A stretch of DNA of 63,718 nt, filler included, from Octopus bimaculoides (GCF_001194135.2; 4 parts of 3 records of this genome joined end to end with filler, not necessarily neighbours in it); one strand, 5' to 3'; numbered from the whole stretch's first letter, positions 39,726-52,448 are shown. A program made the numbers and translations. The notes: generated by a model from the letters alone, not told the origin.

Positions 39726-40569
39726 GTGTGTGTATATACATGTATATATATATACGTATATGTATATATATATATATGTATACACANNNNNNNNNNATAT
39801 ATATATATATATATATATATAATGAAACTGAAGATAATCAGTTATATATGGATACACTATATATGTGATACAAGTAATGATAATGATTCAGTATTTCGGT
39901 GGCGAAATTGTAATAATGGTAATGAAGTACAATTCAATAGGCTGCGCCTAGACTATCTAGTTATATATAGCATCATGAAGAAATATCATCTAGTTATATA
40001 TACATATTATACAATTGATATTAAACAGCTGAACATTATTAGCCTGAAGAGTTCATTTCAAATACTTTCAACTGATCGAAGTCCCAGCGTTGAAACTGAA
40101 ACTTTGGTATCGCGGATGTTGGCACACCTTTGATGCAAGTCTGAGAAAGTGCTTCTCTAATGTCTAAAACCGCAATCATTACGTAAGTTTTCATTTCGAA
40201 TTTTTGCGTAAACTGGCGTTGGAAATAGAACTGGTACAGAAACAATTGTAATGAATCATTAAAGATGTTACAGTATTTTCTTTGACTTCTTCTTTTCCTT
40301 TTGTGTGGGAGGAGGGAGTGCTGAAACGTTCCTGGCTTTGAGTAAAAGAAACTACAGGAAGATCAGTTAATTATCATTTAATTCAACTTATTTCTCTCTC
40401 AGATTCACACTTATTGCAGCGGTCCTTCAGTTTTTCTAAGCCTTGTAAAAGAAATAGGAAGATTAGGCCTCCCACTAGGCTTTTCGCAATACTCTTAAAG
40501 CCAGAAACTTTACATTAGCTACCCGTATATATGTAATGGCTGACAACTCGTTTGACGAGTACGACTATG

Positions 40570-40700
40570 GCTGACTAAATAAAGTGCATCACAGCATTAC
40601 GAGAAATACGATGGCTCTTAAATCTTACCAGCGATTCACAGAACTTGTAACAAGTTCGACATTCATACAAATTCTTCTAACTTCTTGGTTGTTCCGGATC
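40570..40700 (-). mobile_element. possible RTE LINE C-terminal zinc-finger remnant
   Basis: Minus translation NLYECRTCYKFCESLVRFKSHRISR (CxxC..C..SH pattern). Confidence 0.35.
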
Positions 40701-40954
40701 ATTCTGATTATTTTCTCTGTGCACCCTCACATGCATATATTCAAAGTAGAAAGCCAGGAAGTGTGAGAGGGGAAGGGAAGTAACCATATGGCTCACATGA
40801 TTACAGCCGTTTCGCAACCTACTTGAAGTATTCTCCCAGTCTGTAGAAAGAGCTTAGTCTGTAAAAAGATTCACTGATTACATCTTTTCTTGCCTGAAAC
40901 TTAATCTAGAGATTCCAGAAAAAAGAAAACAATAAAAATATAATTACCAGACTT

Positions 40955-41050
40955 AAAAATTAAGTCTTAGGGGTCGTTATGACCTGGGAAATCGTTGAAG
41001 GCGGTGCCCCAAAATATCTGTAGTCCAATGACTGAAATAAATAAAAGCGT
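40955..41050 (+). mobile_element. SINE A tail
   Basis: GAAGGCGGTGCCCC...TAGTCCAATGACTGAAATAAATAAAAG. Confidence 0.7.
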
Positions 41051-41265
41051 TATGCTGTGATAAAAGTTTTCCCTGGTTCAAAATTCTAACAGTAGGGGAT
41101 GATGATGCAAGCTATTAAGATCACAGAGGGAAGAAATACGATATGAGGGTTGAATTTCACACAGAACACTACTAACTGATATGTTTCTAGTCTTTTAATT
41201 GAATGAGAGGAAACCATTTTAGGGTAAGTAAATGTTTTGAAATATAACATGATATAATAGCCGCA

Positions 41266-41271
41266 CGCACG

Positions 41272-41364
<93 letters not shown>

Positions 41365-41390
41365 GCACACACACACACACACACACGCAC
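41266..41390. repeat. (CA)n microsatellite
   Basis: direct read. Confidence 0.95.
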
Positions 41391-41534
41391 AAGTACTCAC
41401 GCACACGCGCATAAACATAGACACACACACATACATACATAGATATATATGAACACACAAATATATAGTCAGTTACAAAAATAGATGTGTACTTTGCAGA
41501 AAAGGGGGATCTTCGTCGTTCAACGATGAAGAAT

Positions 41535-41675
41535 CAGTTATACGGTAAACTGGATTACCTGCTCCTAAATTAACCTGCAAGTGGTTGACTATTCCTTAAA
41601 CACGTGTACCTTAACGTAATTCGTGAGGAGACTCAACGTGACACGGCGAGTGAGAAGGCTGTACCCTTTTTAATT
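41535..41675 (-). mobile_element. SINE C body fragment
   Basis: Reverse match to 11140-11270 (ACACGTGTACC, TGCAAGTGG, CGTGACAC). Confidence 0.65.
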
Positions 41676-41759
41676 ACATTCATATATACATACGTTCAAT
41701 CACACATGCGCTCATACAGGTACACACTCACGCACATAGATATATATATATATAATGGA

Positions 41760-42268
41760 TTCTCTTGTCGTGAATGACAAATGACAGTTCAGTAAAATGA
41801 AGCGTTAACGATGTTCTGTGAACAGAAATGTGTCTCTTTCGGCAAATGGAACAAGTTCAGCATTCAGTTTGCCCGAGTGAATGTAGATCATTTACTATGT
41901 GTTCTGTTAAGTAGTTGGCAAGGCCTACTTTGCTTCGTATCACAAAATCACAATGGCAGATAAGGTTTCCATTTAGAGAAGCAGTGTTTTGCCAGCATGC
42001 CTTCATGCTTGCACGAAGTTGGTCCTGATCCTAGAGTCAACGTTGCTCAAATCTTTGAAATGAAGAGAAGCATGACTGGTACCAGGTCCTCCCTTCCGAT
42101 ACTTTGTTTTCCCAGGAAGAAAAGGGAATTTTGCATCTCTTCAGATTGTCTTTTAGTTTGTCTTTGGAGCGCAATATGTCCGGCCGCTCTCGAGCGCAAC
42201 TGGTAACGTGTAGCCCAGTAAAACCTGTTGCATGGTTGGGTCCTCAGCGACTAAACTGGCAACCTCAC
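41760..42268 (-). mobile_element. RTE-clade LINE 3' fragment
   Basis: EDPTMQQVLLG..KDNLKRCKIPFSSWENKVSEGRTWYQSCFSSFQRFEQR..ICHCDFVIRSKVGLANYL. Confidence 0.8.
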
Positions 42269-42285
42269 CGAGCTTGCATACATAC

Positions 42286-42316
<31 letters not shown>

Positions 42317-42343
42317 TTATGTATGTATGTATGCATATATATG

Positions 42344-42380
<37 letters not shown>

Positions 42381-42852
42381 ACGTACGTATGTATGCATGT
42401 ATATATACATACATGTGTGTGTATTTGTGTATATGCGTCAGTGTGTGTATAATCACACACACACGCACACGCACACGCACACACACACGCACAAACACGC
42501 GCACGCACACACACACATACACACACACACACACGCACACGCACAGGCACATATGTATGCAGCCAATAGATGTGTGGTGAGTATGGTCAGTATAGTATAG
42601 AAAACACATAAGCTTTGCTCAAAACTTTATGGTATGGCCCCGCACTGTCAAAAGAGATCTCGGACGAGCTGATATAAAGGTCGTAATGAAAACATACACA
42701 GCATTGATATAAAATATATTTACATGGAGTACAAAAAGTACAGAGCAAATGTACCGAATACACTATGAGTAAAACATTTTCTTCATATATATCACATGTC
42801 TAACTAGATCTATTTCCATTACTACTCATGTATATATATAAAATTAGAACTA

Positions 42853-43135
42853 CGATGGTCCCACTTGCACCGAACAGCTAAAGAGCCTGCTTGTAAATTT
42901 AAAATGCAAGTGGCTGAGAATTCTATAGACATACATACCCATAAGAGATTCTGGGTCACAAAGAATGTGACAAGTCTGGCCATTTGAAATGCAGGTACTA
43001 CACGTTTTTTGCCAGTTGATTGAACTGGATAACTTGAAATAGAGTATCTTGCTCAAGGACACAAAACGCCGCCTGGAATCGATCTGACGTCGTTACTATC
43101 GTGAGCCGGATACCCTACCCACTAAACCACGCTCA
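42853..43135 (-). mobile_element. SINE with a D-like 5' domain and a C-like body
   Basis: GTGTCCTTGAGCAAGATACTCTATTTCAAG..CCAGTTCA (cf. 119-165), then TTTCAAATGGCCAGACTTGTCACA..CTCAGCCACTTGCA (cf. 11141-11240). Confidence 0.7.
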
Positions 43136-43189
43136 TTCACAGACACACACACACAATGCACACACGCACACATGTATGTATGTATGTAT

Positions 43190-43995
43190 GTAGAAGACTC
43201 TGCGTATTGGAAAGTATGCCAACCGTTTACGTCGGCAGATGATTTGATTAACAGAGGAATTGAAATTTGCTTTGATATGCTTGGTATGAAGCCAATGAAG
43301 ACATGTAATCTTCGGATCTGGTGACAGAGAATGATACGCTGGTGTATTTTTCTGATCCTCAAGCGAAAATTCAGACCATGAAATGGCGTCACACTTCTTC
43401 TCCAAGGCCTACGACATTCAACAGCTAGCAGTCGACACAGAAAGTCACAGTGACTGCTCTAGCGGTTAGAGAGTACGTCTTTCTCCTCGATTTTCTGGAG
43501 CGTGGCTGTACCGTGAACAGTGAAAGGTACCTCAAAAAGCTTTGAGAAATCATTACGAAAAGCCTGAACAAGAATTTCAAAATTATCCGCATTCAATATG
43601 ACAATGTAGGAGTGACACATTCTTGGCAATGTGTCAATCGGCAAATTGAGTTGATTAGTGATCTCCCAACCATCGAAAATCACGATTTTGTACCTTCCGT
43701 CAGCCACGTATTCTTTCTAGTGAAAGTCAGTATTTAGAAGACAACGATTTGATTATACAAGTGAAGTAAAAATAGATGTACAGAAGTAGGTACGACAGAG
43801 TACACCTGAATATTTCCAAGAAGATTTGAGGACTGAGTTCACCAATGGTATAAATGCATCAATTGTGATGCAGATTATGTTGAGTAATGTAGATGAAAAT
43901 GCACTCTACCGACATGTGCAATTTGAAGAGCCTATGTGATTTAATAAAAATGTCATACCCACTTTTCCATTACTTTCGGTATAAGCCGCGTGCGT
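43190..43995 (+). mobile_element. mariner (DD34D-type) transposase relic with 3' end
   Basis: DLVTENDTLVYFSDPQAKIQTMKWRHTSSPR, LDFLERGCTVNSERY, IQYDNVG, QWYKCINCDADYVE* (stop 43885-43887); multiple stops and frameshifts. Confidence 0.8.
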
Positions 43996-44849
43996 ACGCG
44001 TGTATAAACGCACAATCACTCACAGAGACACACACAAGCATATATATATATATATANNNNNNNNNNNNNNNNNNNNNNNNNNNNNNNNNNNNNNNNNNNN
44101 NNNNNNNNNNNNNNNNNNNNNNNNNNNNNNNNNNNNNNNNNNNNNNNNNNNNNNNNNNNNNNNNNNNNNNNNNNNNNNNNNNNNNNNNNNNNNNNNNNNN
44201 NNNNNNNNNNNNNNNNNNNNNNNNNNNNNNNNNNNNNNNNNNNNNNNNNNNNNNNNNNNNNNNNNNNNNNNNNNNNNNNNNNNNNNNNNNNNNNNNNNNN
44301 NNNNNNNNNNNNNNNNNNNNNNNNNNNNNNNNNNNNNNNNNNNNNNNNNNNNNNNNNNNNNNNNNNNNNNNNNNNNNNNNNNNNNNNNNNNNNNNNNNNN
44401 NNNNNNNNNNNNNNNNNNNNNNNNNNNNNNNNNNNNNNNNNNNNNNNNNNNNNNNNNNNNNNNNNNNNNNNNNNNNNNNNNNNNNNNNNNNNNNNNNNNN
44501 NNNNNNNNNNNNNNNNNNNNNNNNNNNNNNNNNNNNNNNNNNNNNNNNNNNNNNNNNNNNNNNNNNNNNNNNNNNNNNNNNNNNNNNNNNNNNNNNNNNN
44601 NNNNNNNNNNNNNNNNNNNNNNNNNNNNNNNNNNNNNNNNNNNNNNNNNNNNNNNNNNNNNNNNNNNNNNNNNNNNNNNNNNNNNNNNNNNNNNNNNNNN
44701 NNNNNNNNNNNNNNNNNNNNNNNNNNNNNNNNNNNNNNNNNNNNNNNNNNNNNNNNNNNNNNNNNNNNNNNNNNNNNNNNNNNNNNNNNNNNNNNNNNNN
44801 NNNNNNNNNNNNNNNNNNNNNNNNNNNNNNNNNNNNNNNNNNNNNNNNN

Positions 44850-45305
44850 GCTCGGGTCCACCACACACATTATTTCACCACGGCCACCAGCATGATGAAC
44901 ACTGCCTTGCCTTCCCTGTTGTGGGACGGTGGTGGAGCAATTTGCACAATAGACTCGGCTGACAGGCGGACTCGTCCCACACGTGACAGCAGCCGTTCGG
45001 CATAAGCCCACAGGTCGGAAATCTTTGGACACTGCACGAGTGCATGCAGAACGGTTTCGTCGCTCTGACTGCATCTCGGGCAGGTCGGTCCGGTGTGTCT
45101 CGAACCGTGCCTGTACAGCTTATCCCGAACGGGTAATGCTTCTCAATAGCACTGCCAGGCTAGGGACCTCTGGTGGTTGTCCATAGGTCCCGGCCCGAAA
45201 GTTGTCCTGAACAGGCGGGTCAGGTGTTCCTCGTCGACGCCCAGATTCTGCCCGAGATCGTCGTCGCACCTCCCCTCCACTAATCCTCTATAGAACGCTT
45301 TTGTG
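44850..45305 (-). mobile_element. Tx1/L1-clade ORF2 C-terminal fragment with CCHC knuckle
   Basis: LAWQCY*EALPVRDKLYRHG..CPRCSQSDETVLHALVQC..KAVFIMLVAVVK*CVWWTR. Confidence 0.85.
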
Positions 45306-45391
45306 GAATCAAGATAGATAGATAGATAGATACATACATACATACATACATATATATATATGCGTGAGAGAGTGTGTGTGTGTGTATGTAT

Positions 45392-45655
45392 GAACCACTA
45401 AGTTACGGAGACGTAAACACACCAGCATCGGTGGTCAAGTAATGTTGGGGGGACAAACACAGACACACGAACATATACACACACATACATATACATATAT
45501 ATATACGACGGGCTTCTTTCAGTTTCCGTCAACCAAATGCACTCACGAGGCTTTGGTCATCCCGAGACTATAGGAGAAGATATTTGTTCAAGGTGCCACG
45601 CAGTGGGACTGAACCCGGAACGATGTAGTTGGTAAGCAAGCTACTAACCACACAC
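45392..45655 (-). mobile_element. SINE A lacking the 3' tail
   Basis: CTAAGTTACGGAGACGTAAACAC ... GTGCCACGCAGTGGGACTGAACCCGG. Confidence 0.85.
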
Positions 45656-45662
45656 CCTCTTC

Positions 45663-45693
<31 letters not shown>

Positions 45694-45998
45694 ACACACA
45701 CACCTTTATACATATATATTATATTATAGCATATTATATTATAATATATCATATTATATTATATTATATTATATTATATTATATTATGTTATATTCACAA
45801 ACTTTCATACAACTTCCATACAAGACCATGGACTAAAATCTTCTTAAGAAAATACGAAATTGCAATAATGATTTGCAAAAGCGAAGCTTGTCGACAACCA
45901 CAATACTCTTTCATTTAAAAATATACGAAAGCTATGTGAACTGTGTGCATTTTCCTTCTTTTATTTTATATATATATTTTTGTTGCATGCATGTATAC

Positions 45999-46035
<37 letters not shown>

Positions 46036-46411
46036 TTTTTAACTTTTAAATGTTCATATTCAAAAGAGACAGAGACTTCAAATTCGATATATCGATTTAT
46101 TCACCACTCTATGAAAAATTATAATATATATATATANNNNNNNNNNNNNNNNNNNNNNNNNNNNNNNNNNNNNNNNNNNNNNNNNNNNNNNNNNNNNNNN
46201 NNNNNNNNNNNNNNNNNNNNNNNNNNNNNNNNNNNNNNNNNNNNNNNNNNNNNNNNNNNNNNNNNNNNNNNNNNNNNNNNNNNNNNNNNNNNNNNNNNNN
46301 NNNNNNNNNNNNNNNNNNNNNNNNNNNNNNNNNNNNNNNNNNNNNNNNNNNNNNNNNNNNNNNNNNNNNNNNNNNNNNNNNNNNNNNNNNNNNNNNNNNN
46401 NNNNNNNNNNN

Positions 46412-46473
<62 letters not shown>

Positions 46474-46519
46474 ATATATAAGTATATACATACATACACA
46501 TATATATATATAAATATAT

Positions 46520-46830
46520 GCTGAGACCCCCTTAGGTCATGACTGACCATGGGATTGCACCTTGAAAGTTACCCACCTAGAATGTTACCTACCTAGAAAG
46601 TTACCCACCTAGAAAGTTACCCACCTAGAAAGTTACCCACCTAGAAAGTTACCAGCAGTCGCCCATGCATACCTGCCTCCCCTCTCCATGCCACCAGTGT
46701 TATCCAAGGGAAAGGCTAAGACCAATACAGTTTGGCACTTGTGACGTCGCAGCTCATTTCTACAGCTGAGTGAACTGGAGCAACGTGAAATAAAGTGTCT
46801 TGCTCAAGAACACAACTCACAGCCTGGTCC
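46520..46830 (-). mobile_element. SINE D copy with an internal 16-bp tandem expansion
   Basis: Reverse complement of ~105-375; six ACCTAGAAAGTTACCC-type units at 46559-46653. Confidence 0.85.
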
Positions 46831-47130
46831 CCAGTTCAGGATCACAACACATAAATACACTGCAACAGAACTTCTTTTCCTCAATAGGCCCTGCCCTATT
46901 TAACATTGTCCCAAAACAGATCAAAGAGGAAAAGGATCCCATCCCCTTTAAACGGAATCTGGACAAATTTCTTCAAGGAATACCAGATAAGCCACCTATA
47001 CTTGAATACAACTCATTCAACAAGAACTTCCCTACTCGAATGGACCATGATACCACAAAACTGGACTTTAAAAAGATTTAGATAATCCTATCAGATGGTG
47101 CTATTAAGTTAGACATGGCCTAAACCAATC
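46831..47130 (+). mobile_element. CR1/L2-group LINE 3' end (second subfamily)
   Basis: QNFFSSIGPALFNIVPKQIKE..FKRNLDKFLQGIPDKP. Confidence 0.75.
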
Positions 47131-47175
47131 TTTGGTCCAAGCATATCTAAGTTTTATTTAAGTTTTCTAAGTTAG

Positions 47176-47223
<48 letters not shown>

Positions 47224-48185
47224 ATGTATGTATATGTATGAGTGTATATATAAATATAAACATTAAGCTTTGTTCTATTCCTATAGTTAGCCTAAACTTT
47301 AGGCTATGGTATACACATTGTCTCACTGAGTCATGGAATAAACAGTCGGTTTCTATTTTTAACAACATGGCTTTTTGATTCTTTTATTTTAATTTATTTC
47401 TGTTTTATGTATTATTTATCTTCGCATTTTTTTTTTTGTTTTGTTTTCGCGGGGTAGGGACATTCCTCGTGGTGTTTGTTATACCAATCTCATCATGGTG
47501 ATCTTTTACTAAATCTCAGAACACAAGATTTTTAATTTGCATCATTTTTATTTCGTTTTTTTTCCCCCCTCCGGCTTCATTCTGTCATTTTGGATAATCT
47601 TTCTCTCCCCCGTCCTCACGTTCCTCTCTCAACTATAACCACCACAACCACCATCACCACCTCCACTACCACCACCACTTCAAACCTCCCTGATTATCAG
47701 AGGTACTGATTGTTCTTTGGTGCCAAATCCTGTTGATCTCTGCAGCTGATATTTTGTTATTTTGGCCTGTTTTGTTTTCTGCTAATTGGTTTTGTTGTTG
47801 CTGTAGTTATTGTTGTTGATTTTTTTAGGATTTTTTATGTGTTCCTTTTTTTTATTACATATTCTTCTCTGTGGCCTTTTAATTCCTTGCGCTATATTTC
47901 TCTGGTAATTTTTTTTTTCTATTCTTTTGTTATTATTTGTGCTTCTGTTAGGGTGTCTATTTAACGAATTACACAATCCTATTTGGGATTGTCACTGGCT
48001 TAAAAAAATGACAAATCTACAATGATCTGTCACAATTAAACACACGCGCTTACGCTGCACGTGTGTGTATGCGTGTGCGTGTGCGTGTGCGTAAACATGC
48101 ATACATACATACATGTACATATAAATACACACTCAAACAGACATGTATATATGCATGTGGTGCGTGTGTAATGCCTGTGTGTGTG

Positions 48186-48221
<36 letters not shown>

Positions 48222-48558
48222 TGTAATTATTAATGGTAGTACTCACTGCCTACTTTGAAGTTTCGCTTATAGTGGCTTCTCAAAACTGTTTGGAGAAGCA
48301 AGTATCAGTTTAGTGTGTTTAGGTGAGTTGTGTAAGTGCTTATGTGATGTGTGTATGTGTGTATTTGGGTGTTAATGGGCGGGGATGTGGGTGCGCGCGC
48401 GCGTGTGTGTGTGTGTGTGCGAAATTAAATTGAATTTGAAGAGCAAAACAAATAGAGTGGACTTGATTTTCGATGGCTCGATGACCATAGAACAAGAAGT
48501 ATTCTGAACTTATGTCTTATTGTGTGGAGCGGCGAGAAAATCAGAAAAGCCGTTATAC

Positions 48559-49165
48559 TGGCGGCGGAGGCCGTGGCGGAGGCCATGGCGGAGGCCATGG
48601 CGGAGGCCATGGCGGAGGCCATGGCGCAGGCTGTGGTGAAGGCAGCAGCGGTGAAGGAGGCGGCGGCGGTGCAGGAGGCGGCGGCGGTGAAGGGGGCGGC
48701 GACGGTGATGAAGGAGGTGGTGAAGGAGGCGGCGGCGGTGAAGGAGGCGGCGACGGTGATGAAGGAGGNNNNNNNNNNNNNNNNNNNNNNNNNNNNNNNN
48801 NNNNNNNNNNNNNNNNNNNNNNNNNNNNNNNNNNNNNNNNNNNNNNNNNNNNNNNNNNNNNNNNNNNNNNNNNNNNNNNNNNNNNNNNNNNNNNNNNNNN
48901 NNNNNNNNNNNNNNNNNNNNNNNNNNNNNNNNNNNNNNNNNNNNNNNNNNNNNNNNNNNNNNNNNNNNNNNNNNNNNNNNNNNNNNNNNNNNNNNNNNNN
49001 NNNNNNNNNNNNNNNNNNNNNAGGAGGCGGAGGTTGAGGCGGAGGCGGCAGCGATGGCTGCGGCGGCGGAAGCGACAGCAGAGACAACGGCGGAGACTGC
49101 AGCAGCAGCAGAGATGGTGGTGGTAGTGGTGGTGGTGTTGTTGGTTTTGGTGGTGGTGGTGGTAG
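48559..49165. repeat. GC-rich compound tandem repeat (12-bp and 18-bp units), gap inside
   Basis: GGCGGAGGCCAT-type unit x5; GGTGAAGGAGGCGGCGGC units; GGC/GGT runs. Confidence 0.9.
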
Positions 49166-49601
49166 TGCAGAGTAGAATGATTATTTGCTACGTTATGTGG
49201 AGGTAAAAAAAAAGACACAAAAAGGTATTCATCTCGGAGGTGGAAATGCGTAAGAAAAAGTAAAACAAAAAAACAAAAAGAGGATAGTTTTGAGAATGTC
49301 TTTGGTAAATTCCTTTGTCTTTCTCGACATATGTCGTTTTCATTAAATAAAACTGTAATAATTTGACTACAAAATAAATAAATAAACGTAATATATTAAG
49401 GAAAAATGGAAGATTAAAATAAGAACGCAACGAGATTGAGGCGAGGATAATGTCAAAGTTGTCGCCATACTTTGATTTTGTTTATATCAGTTGTTTTTGT
49501 TGTAGTTGTTGTTGTTGATTAGCCACAAATCCTCACAACGGAACCGATCTGTGATGACAAAAATCTCAGCCGTGGCCGTCCACACTCATTTTCAAATAGA
49601 A

Positions 49602-49752
49602 GGCGCAGGCGTGGCTGTATGGTAAGTTGAGTCTGTTTCCAGACTACTGCATGTACCTTGGGCAAGTGTTCTCTTTCAAAACCATGTAGCAGGCCGGGCC
49701 GACCAAAGGCTTCTGAGTGGATTTAGTACTCGGAAATTGAAAGAAGGCCGTC
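49602..49752 (+). mobile_element. SINE A, 5' half
   Basis: GGCGCAGGCGTGGCTGTATGGTAAG...CCTTGGGCAAGTG...GGGCCGACCAAAG. Confidence 0.8.
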
Positions 49753-49951
49753 ACACACACACATGCATACGTACACGCACACGCACGCACACACACACAA
49801 ACACACACTCACACACACACACACACACACACATACACACACACACACACANNNNNNNNNNNNNNNNNNNNNNNNNNNNNNNNNNNNNNNNNNNNTTAAT
49901 TAATTAANNNNNNNNNNNNNNNNNNNNNNNNNNNNNNNNNNNNNNNNNNNN

Positions 49952-50020
<69 letters not shown>

Positions 50021-50531
50021 CTGCGTGTCTGTGTGTATGCATGTATTATAGAAAAATAATTCTTTCCTTCCGATCCCACTCCACCCCCGACCCCGTATAT
50101 CTGACAGTCTTTCAAGGTCATTTTGGGTCAAATAATCTATATACATTGCTTGGTATTTATTTGTTTATTTATTATTTTATGTCTATTCCATTATTATATT
50201 TCATAGTATTTTATTCATACAATTTTACTTTGTATTATTGTTGCTTTTGGTTAAGTTTGAGCTTATTTTTTGTTTCCTTTTGTTTCGTTTTGTTTGTTTG
50301 TTTGTTTTGTTCTTAGTTCTATGGATCCGATATTGTAATGAATGCGTCATTTTGGCGCGTCAAAATCTTCAACCACTGATGCTATGACTCTTCTTCTACA
50401 ACATTCTTCACCATCATCTTTATCACCAACAGCATCGCCGCCACCACCGCCTTCATCATCATCAACATCGTCTCCGCCAACACCAACACCATCCCCTCAT
50501 TGTTTTAATAAATTCTGTTCACATTTCTTTG

Positions 50532-50567
<36 letters not shown>

Positions 50568-50837
50568 GTCATCTCCACAAATACTTATCGCTTTAAACCA
50601 AGATAACAAGACCAACAATAACAATAGCAACACAAACAATAATTTGTTCCTAAAACTGGAGTAAAGCCAGAAATTTAGGGGCAGGATTTATTCGGTTAAA
50701 TCGGCGGCAGTATTTGACTGGTAATTGATTTTGGGGATCACGGTAAGAAAAAAATGAATAAATAAAAAGCAAAGTTAATTTCAACAGGATTTGAAATCAC
50801 AATGTTTTGAGATTGAATAAATACTGCAAGGAATTCT

Positions 50838-51723
50838 TTTCTACTCTAGGCAGAAGGCCCGAAAATTTGGGGAGGGAGCCAGTCGATAAGATCGACACCG
50901 GTACGCAACTGGTACTTAATTTATCGACCCCGAAAAGATAAAAGGCAAAGTCGACCTCGGTGGAATTTGAACTCAGAACGTAAACACAGACGAAATAGCG
51001 CTAAGCATTTCATCCGACGTGCTAACGTTTCTTATTTCTTTATTGCCCACAAGGGGCTACACATAGAGAGGAAAAACAAGGACAGACAAAGAGATTAAGT
51101 CGATTATATCGACCCCAGTGCGTAACTGGTACTTATTTAATCGATTCCGAAAGGATGAAAGGCAAAGATGACCTCGGCGGAATTTGAACTCAGAACGTAG
51201 TGGCAGACGAAATACCGCTAAGCACTTCGCCCGGTGTGCTAACGTTTCTGCCAGCTCGCCGCCTTAATNNNNNNNNNNNNNNNNNNNNNNNNNNNNNNNN
51301 NNNNNNNNNNNNNNNNNNNNNNNNNNNNNNNNNNNNNNNNNNNNNNNNNNNNNNNNCGGTACGCAACTGGTACTTAATTTATCGACCCCGAAAAGATAAA
51401 AGGCAAAGTCGACCTCGGTGGAATTTGAACTCAGAACGTAAACACAGACGAAATAGCGCTAAGCATTTCATCCGACGTGCTAACGTTTCTTATTTCTTTA
51501 TTGCCCACAAGGGGCTACACATAGAGAGGAAAAACAAGGACAGACAAAGAGATTAAGTCGATTATATCGACCCCAGTGCGTAACTGGTACTTATTTAATC
51601 GATTCCGAAAGGATGAAAGGCAAAGATGACCTCGGCGGAATTTGAACTCAGAACGTAGTGGCAGACGAAATACCGCTAAGCACTTCGCCCGGTGTGCTAA
51701 CGTTTCTGCCAGCTCGCCGCCTT
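50838..51723 (-). mobile_element. dimeric SINE B with an 18-bp target-site duplication (internal 370 bp doubled by assembly)
   Basis: AATACTGCAAGGAATTCT at 50820-50837 and 51724-51741. Confidence 0.9.
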
Positions 51724-51824
51724 AATACTGCAAGGAATTCTGTCACTTCACAACAACAATGATAATTGCCTCTACATTAGACATAGAGTCCCAGCAATTT
51801 AGGTGCGGAGTTTAATTTATCATA

Positions 51825-52030
51825 TCGCTTTCAAATTTTGGTACAATGCCAGCAATTTCAGGGAGGTGGTAGTGGTGGGGGATGGCGGATAAGTCGATTA
51901 TATCAACCCCAGTGCTCAGCTGTTGCTTATTTTATCGACTTCACAACGATGAACGGAATTTGACCTCCAAACGTAAAGACGGACGAAATACTGCTAAGCA
52001 GTTTGTCCGGGATTCTGCCAGCACTCTACC
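51825..52030 (-). mobile_element. SINE B monomer
   Basis: AAGTCGATTATATCAACCCCAGTGCTCAGC...GAAATACTGCTAAGC. Confidence 0.8.
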
Positions 52031-52448
52031 TTAGATTAATTCATTATATCGACACCATTAATAGATTGGTGTCCTATTTTATCGACCCTAAGGGCGAAAG
52101 GTAAAATTAACCTTGATAGGAATTGAGCTTAGAACATAAAGACACAATCTTAAATCCGATTTTTGACACAATTACGGATCTAGTTGATGCATATCTCTGT
52201 ATATTACTTCTTCAATTCTTCCTATCAGAGAACTGAAGATGTTCCTAAGTCTGCTACAAGTTACGTTAGACATCTCTTAAAAGAAAGAGAGGCGGACAAA
52301 TTTTTGTTGGGAAAACCATCTAAAAACGGATATGTCCTTCGAACAGCCACTCAATGTCTCCTTGTTTTTTGCACACATCTACAAAATGACTTTCTAAAAT
52401 GAAATTCCATTATGCAGGTGAGGAGTACATTTTCATTGTACATTTTAT

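Noticed and set aside
40039-40245. 68-aa minus-strand ORF that looks protein-like
   Set aside because: No recognisable motif and no convincing donor/acceptor pair.
43893-45074. Long ORFs crossing N runs or made of CA/TA/TATG repeats (many in the track)
   Set aside because: They are open only because Ns and simple repeats lack stops.
50899-51726. Exact 370-bp direct repeat (50899-51268 = 51357-51726)
   Set aside because: Identical copies sit on either side of an 88-N gap, typical of unmerged contig overlap. A single TSD pair flanks the whole.
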